From the NCBI RefSeq assembly GCF_018977255.1, contig NW_024704742.1, forward strand, positions 131,442,001 through 131,506,000: a stretch of DNA of 64,000 nucleotides. Reading direction: 5' to 3'. Under the pieces are notes generated by a model. The model did no database searches. It was not told the origin of the DNA and saw nothing but the letters and a program-made list of their open reading frames with translations. Within the stretch, counting starts at the first letter, position 1; each line of letters begins with the position of its first letter. The DNA is from Callorhinchus milii. Taxonomy: Eukaryota. Below are positions 1 to 11,730 of the stretch, in pieces. Position numbers and translations under genes: made by a program.

Positions 1-535
1 GTTAAATCAATGGCTGAGTTGAGTTGCAGCTGGAAGCTAGGAGGTGAAGTCCAGGTGAGATCAGAAGCCAAGAGCTGACTGACAGCATGCAGCGCAGAGC
101 AAACAAAACACAACAGGAAAATGAAAGCAGATCAGGCAATAATTTGCTGGGGTTTGGCTTAATGGGAGCCACTCACCTGCACGCTTAGCAAGCAGGAGTG
201 AGGAGTGACGGCAAAAGGAAACGCTGAGCACAGATCAATACCTGAATTAGCCCTGCCAAGGCAGTGCAGCCCAGCTTGATTAGTTCCGTTCTGTGTCTCA
301 CGGCCAATGCTCAAAGAAAATGGTTTAACATTACCAAATTTCTGGGCCCTGTTGTTGAGTCTCATATTATGAACCTAAAATCGTATTTTTCTCCACAATA
401 AAATGCCACAATTTGTAATAATAATAATCCTTGCAATTTATATAGCGCCTTATCATGTGACAACTTTGTTTCCTTTGTAACTCAATCCTGTGTGTTTCGT
501 GACTTTACAGTATATCCTGTGAAACATCTCGACGA

Positions 536-897
536 ATAATAATAATAATCTTGGATTTCATATAGCGCCTTATCACATCTTTGAGACATCTCAAAGCGCT
601 TCACAGAATATATTGTAACTTGAATTGACTGTATATTTTGTGGGTGAAACGAGGGAGTCAATTGCGCACAGCAGTGGATTGAAGTGACCAATTTATTATT
701 TTTAATTTTTTTGAAGGAATTATTACCCCCGGAAAAGCAATCCGCCAATCGACTAACAACCTGGTTCCTCCTTACTGCTAGGTGAACAGAGGTGTGTGGA
801 GTAAGGAAACTTGCCCAACATTTTGCCCTGCCGGGAATTGAACCTAGGACTCTCGGTTGCGAGTCGATTGCTCTAACCACTGAGCTACAGGGCTCCA
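536..897 (-). mobile_element. tRNA(Ala-like)-headed SINE, family A, long form
   Basis: A/B-box head TGTAGCTCAGTGGTTAGAGC, CORE-like GGGCAAGTTTCCTTAC block, shared L2-type tail ending in (ATT)n. Confidence 0.88.
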
Positions 898-948
898 CTA
901 AGGGATTATATCAAGTGTAAGGATTATTATTATTATTATTATTATATA

Positions 949-1480
949 GTCAGCCTGGTGGAGTGGTAGCACTCTCACCTTTGTGGAGTCCTGTAGCTCA
1001 GTGGTTAGAGCACTCGTTTTGCAAGTGAGAGACCTGAGCTCAATTCCAGGCAGAGGGCGAAACCTTGGGCAAGTTTCCTTACTCCACACAGAGCCTAATA
1101 ATAATCCCTCCAAAACCAAAAACAATAATAAATTGGTCATTTTCAATCTACGACTGTTTGTGGGACATTGCTGTGCGCAATTGGTTGCTGCGTTCGCCCA
1201 CAAATATACAGTCAGTTCACTTTACAGTGTGTTCTGTGAAGCACTTTGGGACGTCCTCCCGACGTGAAAAGCGCTATATCAAATGCAAGGATTATTATTA
1301 TTATTATTATTAAGCAAGAAGGTTGTAGGTTCAAGTCTCACATTGTTACTTGGAACCCATATAGCCTAAGCTGACTTGTCAAGCTGGACGTGAAGTCAAA
1401 CCACTTTACAGCATATCCTGTGAAGTGCTTTGAGAAGTCTCAATGTGATAAGGCGCTATATCAAATGTAAGGATTATTAT
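949..1480 (+). mobile_element. SINE family B (DeuSINE-like), interrupted and internally deleted
   Basis: Head GTCAGCCTGG...TAGCACTCTCACC at 949-983 resumes as AGAAGGTTGTAGGTTCAAG after 1311; tail ends ~1480. Confidence 0.75.
984..1311 (+). mobile_element. SINE family A, short form, nested in a family-B SINE head
   Basis: Full tRNA head with TGC anticodon-like loop and (ATT)7 tail; closely similar to the copy at 35753-36065. Confidence 0.9.
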
Positions 1481-1792
1481 ATATACTGTTTTATTAGAGG
1501 TACATTTATGAATAATATTATGGATGCAAAAACATAACAATCACTGTTTTTCCACAATGCCAAAAGAGAAATTTAACTTGTACCCCTCTCATTCCCCTCA
1601 AGCACTTCTTGCCTGAGGCTGTCAAGCTGTCAATCTGTATCAATCTATCAAAGGCCATCATAGAAACCAGATGTTGGCCTCTAGCTGGAGAGGACTAAGA
1701 GTCCTTGTCCAGACACAGCATGTGACAGGGAGACCTACATCCATGCTTTCTAGGACATGGCTCTGAAAAAGCCTTGACTTGATTATAAAATG

Positions 1793-2209
1793 TAACAATA
1801 ATCCTTGCATTTGATATAGTAGTTTATCACGTTGGGAGGATGTCTCAAAACACTTCAAAGGATTTTGCTGTGTATTGTAATGAGCATCTATTTGAAGGTG
1901 AATGCAACAGCCAATGTGCGCAAAGCAATGTCCCACAAAGAAGCTATTAAGTAAATGACCATTTTTTTATCTGGAGGGTAGTTGGCCAGGACATTGGGGA
2001 GAATCTCATATCTTGGGATCTTTAATGTCCACCTAAACGGATAAATGAGTTATGTCTTATCCGAAAGCTGCAAACTCCAACAATATAACACACCTCCAGC
2101 ACTGCTCTGGAGGGTCAGTCTTCATAACTCAAAATCCTGACGTGGGCCTTGAACCCACAACCTATTGACTCAGAGGTGAGAGTGCTACGAATTGAGTCAG
2201 GCTGACACA
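1793..2209 (-). mobile_element. SINE family B (DeuSINE-like)
   Basis: tRNA head, Deu-domain-like TTAAAGATCCC / GTCCTGGCCAAC motifs, shared tail. Confidence 0.8.
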
Positions 2210-4096
2210 GGTTATTTGTGACCGACTAAAGATATTGCAATCTTCATTCAGCAGCTTTACTTTGTAAATAGAATCATGTTGTCACGGTTTTTTTGTTGTT
2301 GTTATGACTCTAGCACAGCGCAACTCATCTGGTATTTTTATGTTCCTGCTTTTATAGGTCAATTGTATTGTGTTTACCCAAGTATAAGATAAAATGTATT
2401 GTGGCTTACTTTACATCGTCTGCCATTAATCCCCACTCAGAGGACACTGCATCCACCCTAACAGGCATCTGGGACCTCGGTTTAATATCTTCCAACCCCA
2501 TCCCCGATACCTCCGACAATGCAACATCCCTCCAGCGCTGCATTGGGGCGTCAGCATAGACTATGTGGTTCCAAGTCCGCACGTGAGGCTTGAACCCACA
2601 ACCTTCTGACTCAGAGGCTAAAGTGAACCAGGCTGACACATAAAAAAACACATCAGAAGCAAGTTCACCAATTTCACACTGTGCTGAATTTATCAGGAGG
2701 ATTGTTGGCCAAAACACAGAGAGAAACTTCTTTTTTTTGAGTAACTTCAGAGGATATTTAACATTGTATCTTTTTCGGTCATCTTTCTCTTCGGGATTTA
2801 CCGAGGCTCCCAGCTGCAGCCTGGGTGTCCAGCCAGCAGCGTCAAGCACTTTGAGATGTCTTCCCAACTTGAAAGCTACAATATAAATGTAAATTATATT
2901 GTACTGTATCCACGTGAATAGGCAAACCTCTTTCTCGAAGGATAACACCTCCAACAATGTCTCGCTCCTGCAAAACTGCACTGGACTGTGAAAATATATT
3001 TTCCCATTTGAGTAAAGTAGTTTAAAATAAGGTGCTTAACCCGTTGTTTGTGAAGTTGTTGATCCATTAGCGATGTTGCAGTTGTACAATACTGTTGTCT
3101 TTACTCTGGCTGGCTGTTATTTGGTGATCAAACATATTGATCTCTCCTCGGCTTGACCGGCTGGACTTATGTGTACTTGCCAGACGAACTGGTCAGGGGC
3201 AGAATTATTGCCTAAGCGACAAAAGAGCTGCTGGTTTCTGACATCTCAACAAGCCGATAACACGCGCTGTATCAAATACAAGGATTATTATTATTATAAT
3301 AAAGCCAAGTCTAGACTTAATTTGCTCTGTGGGTGCTGCATGAGACATTGAAGAAGTGAATTCATTTCTGCAGAAGCATTTCAAGCTGTTTCTTTCGCAG
3401 TAAAGATTACACAGTCCGCATTTCAGATATTTGGGACAGAGGTGGGGTGGGGGCGGGGGAGGTGTGTGGGTTGGGCGGACGGGGGTTGGAATGAAGAGGT
3501 GATAATGGGTTCCAATTACATTTTGTGCAACACATATTCTAGTGTTGCGCTCTGCTTTGCTGCTCTCCTTAACAAAAATAACATGGATAGACGTGCTGAC
3601 AGCCAATTGAAGTTTATAGCCAGAAAGTATTACGTGATGAACAATGAGAGTAAATGTGATGCTTACAGCAGTACAACTGGAAGAACACTGAGGATGATAA
3701 AGCTTTGCACTAGTTAAAGTACTTTCAGTCATTTCCATTGTATCTTTACTTGTGTTATAGGTTTCAGCAACGGATCTGTGAATAGATTCACTACATGAGA
3801 GAGACAATTATTGGCACTAATTGGGACTGGCCCCTTTGCGGATAAGTGAACAGTGCAGATAATTGAACTTCAAGTATAATACAAATTGGTATAGTGTCAA
3901 CTCTTAACATTTGCTCCATCAGGTGTTATACTGTGACTAGTACCACACTGTGCCAGCCTTTCTCTCTCTCTCACTTTCTTCTCTTACATACACATACCCA
4001 GTCTCTCTATTTTTTCATCTCTCTTTCTTTAACTCTATCTTGCACACCATAAAAACATGAAGATTTGTCTTTGCTACCAATGCTCAAATCACTTTA

Positions 4097-4356
4097 TAAC
4101 AATAATAATAATCCTTGCATTTGATCTAATGCTTTTCACGTCTTCTAGACGTTTCAAAGCGCTTCACAGAATATGCTGTAAAGTGAATTGATTGTATATT
4201 TGTGGGCAAAATGCGACAGCCAATTGCGCACAGCAGTGTCCCACAAACAGTCGTGGATTGAAAATGATCAATTTATTATTGTTTTGTTTTTGGAGGGATT
4301 ATTATTAGGCGTGTGGAGTAAGGAAACTTTCCCAAGGTTTAACTCTGCCTGGAATT
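4097..4356 (-). mobile_element. SINE family A, short form, 5'-truncated
   Basis: Matches the body and tail of 35753-36065. Confidence 0.85.
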
Positions 4357-5289
4357 GATGCAAAGTTCTGCACACACATCTGGGGTTGCTAGCAGAGCAA
4401 TACAGGCTTTCCTAGCAATCGCAAGTGCAACTTCACATACACACATGCATTTTTGTCAGTATTTTGCAAGGCTGCATCCACACCGCAGTGCCTTGCAGAT
4501 AAATGGACATGCGGGTAAGTGGTTATGTGGTTAAATGGCTTTCTACTATATTATTTATGTCCACGGTCCAACCGACCAATTAACTCATGAGATCAAAGGG
4601 GATACAGTCTGAACAAAGGAAAACCCTTACGAAATACCTGAGCCAAAGGGCTTAAAAGATCTGCCACCATCTAATAAACTGTTGGAAGAGGCTTGAAGTG
4701 TTGAATGGGCTCCTCAAGTTCCTTTTGACGACAATGTTGAACCACATTGAAGGTGAATTGGTTTTGAAAAATAATGGAGCTGAAGCCTATTTAGTGATTT
4801 CCATCTGACATTATTCAAGAGGCAGAATAAGGCAGTGAGTGGCATAAGAATGCCAATGTCATTGCCTTCAACGCCATTTGAGCTGCTCGTTTATTAATCT
4901 TCATTTCCCTGTTTAACGAAAAGGTCAGCAGCTTGCTAACAGGCAGTCGCAAGCCCCAAATGCTAATGCACAACCCTGTTTCTCACAGGTTGACCTTGAG
5001 GATGGTCTCAGGGAGACGTTGGGTGTGGTCGGGGGGCTGGGAGAGGAAAGGAGTGGGAGGGGCAGTTGGATTCCGTTTCTGGTACAATTTGGTCATTCAT
5101 AAATTGAAACGCTTTGAATTTCTAAATTTAAACCTTGTTCACCTTCAATGTGGAAATGCTAAACTCCTCATGTAAAGTCTTCAAGGGGAGGGAATAGTAT
5201 GACAATCCACATAATAATACTTGCCTTAGTGCCCTAAATTGCTTCAAAGAGTTTCATTCTACAAAGTGTAGTGACTTTGTAATTACTGT

Positions 5290-5662
5290 ATAATCCTTAT
5301 ATTTCATACAGCAAATGTCCCATCAAAGCACGTCAAAGGATTTACTGTAAACTGTAGTGACTGAATATTTTGTAGGCAAACTTGTAGCCAATTTGTGCAC
5401 AGTAATGTCTCACGAACAACCACAAATGTAAACAGCCAATTTTACCTGATGAATGTTGGCCCAGGACACTGGGAGAAACTCCCTTCGCTTTTCAAATAGT
5501 ATTATGGGATCTCGGCTTAACGTCATATAGAAAGGAAAGAATCTGTGACAATTTGCAACAAAACTGTACTGAAGTGTCAGCATAGAATGAGTTAAAAACT
5601 TAAGATGGGGGTGAACCCACAACCTGAGACTGAGAGTGCTTCCGACTGAGCGAGACTGACAC
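5290..5662 (-). mobile_element. SINE family B, diverged
   Basis: Head, Deu-like motifs and tail recognisable. Confidence 0.7.
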
Positions 5663-6482
5663 CAGATACAGACTCACAGCAGAAAGCTCAGTGTAACCTA
5701 AATAGAATGCAAATGAAAGTTAGTTTGCAGAAAATATTTTTTTGTTTGTTTTTCCTTTTTGTGCTTGAAGCTAAGCTTGATATTGTGGTGTCATTTTTCA
5801 TAATTGCTTCCCGGTTGCTGCGGATGTTTCTCTGCAAACATATTCCCAAACTACTTTGCAACTTGAACCTCATGTGGATTCCAACTACACTTGAGGTATA
5901 AAGCACTTTACGTCCGACTACACAAAATATACAGTCAATTCACTTTACAGTATATTCTATGAAGCTCTTTGAGATGTCTCGAAGACGTGATAAGACGCTA
6001 TATCAAATGCAAGGATTATTATTATTCTATTATTACCCTTTGTGGATTAACATTGCCACGGTGATGACATATAAAGTGATGAAACGGGCTGTGAATATTT
6101 ATTTAGATGAACATTATGCCTATTGTGGTGCCGCAGTTGGATCTAAAATGTGGTAGTAAGAAAATAGTAATAATTAATAAAAAATTTGAGCCCCTTTAGT
6201 CAATGGTAAAGAGATTTTTTAAAAAAAAACAAATGGGTTTTGGAAGCAGCAAATCTGAACTCACTGTGGTTAAAGCAAAAACCATCAATATATCTAAGAG
6301 GAAACTTGATGCCAACACGACAGAGAAGGCAACGGACGGATAGAGGAGAGGCGAAAAGGAGGGGTGTAAACTCATGTGATGTATATACATCGGCACAGAC
6401 TAGTTGGGCCTGTTTCCACGCTGCAATGTTCTATGTAATTCTTGGTATCCCACAACATGCCGGAGGTTGATCGGAGAGATCC

Positions 6483-6847
6483 ATAATAATAATCCTTGCA
6501 TTTGATATAGTACCTTATTGTGTCGCTGAGACGTCTCAAAGCGCTTCATAGAGTATACTGTAAAGTGAATTGATTGTATATTTTTAGGGGGTGAAAAGTG
6601 GCTGCCAAATGCACACAGTAATGTTCCACAAACAGCGGTGGATTGAGTGATGAAATAATTTTTTTTGAGAAGGGAATATTACCCCCGGAAAGCGATCTGC
6701 CATTGACTAACAATTTTATTTACTGCTAGATAAACAGAGGTGAGGGGAGTAAGGAAACTTACTTAAGGTTTTACCTTGCCCGGGAATCAAACCCAGGTCC
6801 TCTCGTCTGTGAGACGAGTGCTCTAACCAATAATCTACAGTCCTCCA
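6483..6847 (-). mobile_element. SINE family A, long form
   Basis: Full-length match to 536-897. Confidence 0.85.
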
Positions 6848-9800
6848 CACCAGGAGTAACCCACAGCAGGCCAGAGGTTGATCGGAGATCTCCGTGTGAA
6901 TGCTCCATGTGATTCACTTACAGACTACATTGCTTTGCGAAGCACAAATCCTCAATGACAATCACGTAGGCTGTAACCGTAATTCTGTTTGTTCTGCTCT
7001 TTTCTTGCCCGCACCATCAATTAGAAACACCGCGCAAGCCTGGCACCCCAAGCGCATTTCAAGCAGCAGCCACTTGTAATAGAATTAAAAATAAAAATAA
7101 ACGTTATCAATTAAAGATTGTCATCTCCGCCGTTGAGCAACTGAAACATCCCCTGAAACCTGACAGGAGTTGTAGCTGAATCTTCAGATTCTGCTCATTC
7201 TTAATTGGGGTTCAAACAAATGTAGGCACAGAGGTGCCTTCCAGCACCTTAGTTAATTAATCAACCCACCACTAAACTAAGTCAATCACACACCTTAACC
7301 TTTCCTCTGCTGTGTAAATCAAAGCCTCCTCTGAAGCAATAAGGTACATTAGCTTTTCTCTTCCCTCTCTCTCTCTCCCCCCCCCCCCCCCCCCCGCACC
7401 TCCTTTGACTCTGGGGAAGCTCAGATTTGTTAGAGTGCAGCATCTTTCACCATAAAGTCAGCTTTGACACTGCTTCCAACTTACTGTCACTCACTATCCA
7501 AATCTACTTTCCTTTTATTGCATCGTTATAATAATATTATAATCCTTCCATCTGATATAGCGCCTTATCATGTCGTTGAGTCATCTCAAAGTGCTTCACA
7601 GAATATACTGTAAAGTGAATTGACTGTATATTTTGTAGGAGAAACGCGACAGCCAATTGTGCACATCAGTGCGCCATAAACAGTGACCAAATTTGTTTTT
7701 TGTGTGTATATTATTCCCCCCGGAAAGTAATCCTCCAATACTCTACAGGACTTCACAGTCTCCCAGCAGCTGTGTTTGCATCACTAATTAGCCATCAAGG
7801 TTAATATCACCCGCAACTCTTTAACTAGGGACCTCGACTGTGTCCTCCATGGTAGTTTGGGTAATTCAGGCCTAACGTCACTCATAGCCCTCAGCAAGTC
7901 TGGGCCAGTGATGTGTACAGCACTTAGTACGTAAGCCAAGCAGTCTGGTCTCTCAGCCATACCTCTAACTTTGTGCTAGGTTTAACCCACATGCACACAA
8001 CCCAGGTCACCAAGTGGGTTTGTTCTTAACAGAGCTTAATGTACGGCATTGTTTTTTTTAATGTGATAGAGGCATTAAGATCCCGCTGTGCTGTTTGTCC
8101 TTTTGTGCTAAGGAGGCAGGTCATTTTTAATTTCTCACGACCCAATAAAAAAATTCTCACTCTGCAATTTACTGTCTAACAACAACTTTCATTGATATAG
8201 TGCCCTTCACGCACAGTAGCATCTTGTACTGTAATTCACTGAAAGCATGAGAAACTTGGAGCAAAGAAAGACAACTTTATATAACAACTGGGAAGCGCAG
8301 GCAACTCTCACTATCGTAATCCAAACCACCTATATCTTATTCCTTTAAAACAAAATTCTACTTATGGACTGAAAAGTTTAAACACACATGTCATATCCTG
8401 TGTACACGATAATAATAATAATCCTTACATTTGGTATAGCGCCTTATCACGTCTTCAAGACGTCTCAAAGCACTTCACAGAATATACTGTAAAATAAATT
8501 AATTGTATATTTTGTGGGTGAAAAATAGCAGTCACGTAGCAGTGTCCACTTAACGTGAATGATCTCTTCCCTCCATCCTCTTAAACTGAAGCGAGTTGCA
8601 TTCAAACAGAGAACCGGGGGGGGTGGGGGCAGAGTGGGGGTGGGGGCTGTCTGCATTGCACGGAGCCGCACATGAATCTATATCAGTCATAAATGAAATC
8701 ATATTCTGTATAATGCTCCTGATGTTCTGATCCATCTCTATGTAAAATGTTATTGGCTCGATATTATATTTTATTTTCAAAGTTTGGGGCGTTTGATACA
8801 TTGCCTAAAGCTCTGTTTGTCAACTTCAAAGTGAATTTGAACTCAGGAGACAGAATCAAATACAGAATCAAATACAAGCAATGTAAGGCCCTACAGGATG
8901 GCAATTGCTTTGATGATAAGCAATAAGAAATCAGTCTGAAGCAGAGAGAGGGAAAAAAAATCAAATATTATAAATCGTGCAATGTGCCCAAAATACAGCT
9001 AGAGATTTCATACAAGCTGCGAAAGACTTATTTCTAATGAGAAAATAACAAGAGTGCGCAAATAAAAAAAATTGAATTGGAATTCTCATTTCAGACACTG
9101 ACAACACACTTGCTTTGAAAATCTGAGGTAAGTTGTTGAAAAGAATGGAGCCCTTGAAAAGAACTCAGTATGATCTGCACAGGGAGACTGAGAATATATT
9201 TACAACCCTTCTTGCATTGTAAATATATTCGCATTTGAATAAATTGCCTATGTCCTTTTAGCCTATAATCCAAAAGAAAAAGGCTTTCTGCATTACGAAG
9301 ACAAGGCTTTAGGAAAATAACCAGTTTCTCGCCTTAGCACTGTGTATAGCAGTGGAGACCTACAGGCGTGTTAGAGTGCCACTCCAGACACATTGGGATT
9401 TATGTTACCCACACAGTGGCAATGATGAATTGAGGGAGAACAGTAGGGTGGGCATTCCAGATGGATGAGATCAGATGGGCCAAAGGGCCTTCTTCATCCA
9501 AGCTAACCTTGTGACTAATAATAATAATCCTTGCATTTGGTATAGCACCTTATAACATCATGGAGATGTCTCAAAGCAGTCACAGAATATACCATAAAGT
9601 GCATTGACTGTGTATTTTGTAGGCGAATATGACAGTGTCCACAGCAAACACAACCCTTTGTTTGATCTTGTGGTCTTCACTGGACAATGTTACTGGATTC
9701 AGAGATGACCCAGCCAGGTCTGCCCTCTCTGATGCCTGTGGGGTCTCTAAGGATATTAACTTGGGCTGCTTCAGTTGTAGTCCTGAGAGGAAGTAAGCTT

Positions 9801-10201
9801 ACACAGCTCACAGCTGTCTTCACATTTGGCACTCGGAGGCACTAAAGTAACAAATAAAAGTGGAAAATGTTGTTCTGCATGTAAAATGCCATTGATTCCA
9901 ATTCACTCGAACGAGAAATCATTAGCAATTCATCGTTAATTATGGATTCATCTCATCTTGGTTGTAATAGAAGTGAGTCTAGACGCAAAATGCTTTAGCC
10001 ATAAACCATGTTTTCTTAATGAAGAGAACAACAGAGGAAGCTTGTTTTCTGCTTGGATCTAAAGATAATGTGATAGAGTTTATTAAAGAATCAAGAATAA
10101 TTTTAATGAAGGTGTAGCAGCAAATTAATGTGGAGAGAATCCAATGCAATAAAAATCCAACAAAATGTGCTCCAAGTCCTCCGCCCGACTTACCCATTCT
10201 A

Positions 10202-10567
10202 TGGAGTCCCGTAGTGTAGTGGTTAGCGCGCTCGCCTCGCAAGCGAGAGGACTTGGGCTTGATTCCTGGGTGGGGTGAAACCTTTGTCAAGTTTCCTTAC
10301 TCCACACACCTCTGTTTACCTAGCAGTAAATAGGAACCTGGTTGTTAGTCGATTGGTGGATCACTTTCTTGGGGTAATAATCCCATAAAAAAATCCACGG
10401 CTGTTTGTGGGACATTGCTGTGTGCAATTGGCATTTCACTCACAAAATATAGTCAATTCATTTTAAAACAGATTCTGTGAAGCGCTTTAAGATGTCTCAA
10501 TGATGTGATAAGGCGTTATATCAAATGCAAAGATTATTATCATTATTATTATTAATATTATTATTAC
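10202..10567 (+). mobile_element. SINE family A, long form
   Basis: tRNA head with CGC anticodon-like loop, CORE-like block, ATT tail. Confidence 0.88.
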
Positions 10568-11389
10568 GAAACACAGGAACCCATTGGGAAATATCCCTGC
10601 TCCCAGATGCTGGTCGGACACTCCAAGTCCTGCTTATGAGTCAGTTTGGCTTCTCACTCTCCTCAACCACCACATCTTGGACAATGTCCCCATCCTCTAC
10701 ACCATGCGACCTCCACACCCTGCTTACATTCCCCACTCTTCAACCCCCCCTCACCGTCCATACCTCCGCACACTCTGTAACTTGTCTTTGCGGGTTAGGC
10801 ACTGCACTGGACCGTCAGATGAGACTTTTTGTGTGCATATTTATATTGAGCAGCATTTATATTCAGTGCTTAAGGAACCTCTTAACTTAAACTACAATTT
10901 ACACCTCTATGTTTACAATTTCCATTGTAAATGGGACGTGATTAATTGGAAAGAGGAGTCATTTACTGGAGGCTGTTTCAGCCACCAGTTCAATCTCTGT
11001 GTATAAATCAATACAGATGGATTCTGCTTAAGATTTGATCTAATTTTATTCCATCTGGACCTGTACTTATTAGAAATGGCTTAACTTTTAAAGCTATCAT
11101 GTGTTGGTGAAACTTGTTTTATATCCTTAATCGTTCAAGAGTAAAGCACAGAACCTTGCATCAGATACTCCAGAATGAGTGTCTCAATGAGTGCACATAG
11201 TGGGAGTTCAAAGCAATATAAAATATAATAAGCTGCACCTTTCACATGCAATAAATATCTTCAAAGCTTTTAGGAAGCAAGTGTAGACCCAGAGACTAGA
11301 CCTTCTCTCACAACAACTTTGTGTTTGCGTCAATTTTGAAAATATTCTGCTACAATTATTATTGAATGCCCATTTTTAATCCATGTTCC

Positions 11390-11730
11390 TTCCTTACCTC
11401 GATTTCAAGATCTTCACACTTTCGTCCAAATCACCTCCCTATCTCTCCAACCTGCTCACACTCCACGCCTCTACATGTCTCCTCTGCTTAGCTGGCTCCG
11501 GCATCGTTCACATCCTTCATCTACTCTGCTCCACTATCAGTGACTGTCCCTTCAGTGACTGTGCTCTGTAACTATGGAACTCTCTGCCTCAATCACTCAC
11601 TTTACCCCCCTCCCTCCTTGTCTGCCTTCAGATCGCACCTCAAGACCTTCTTTTTTAACCATGCCTTCCACTCTCCCCAGCTCAGTGTCACGTTCTGTCA
11701 CTGAGAAGCGCTCCGAGATGCTATCCTGCA
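11390..11730 (+). mobile_element. L2-clade LINE 3' fragment, degenerate
   Basis: Similar to the L2 ORF2 C-terminus and 3' UTR at 55935-56326. Confidence 0.65.

Noticed and set aside
984..1056. Possible tRNA-Ala gene
   Set aside because: It continues into the SINE body and lacks a proper acceptor stem; this is a SINE head.
482..1313. Recurrent ORFs such as MESCSSVVRAL... and MGKFPYST...
   Set aside because: Chance frames through SINE copies; they recur because the SINE recurs.
3205..3807. 200-aa ORF
   Set aside because: Non-ATG start, no domain similarity, ends in a SINE tail.
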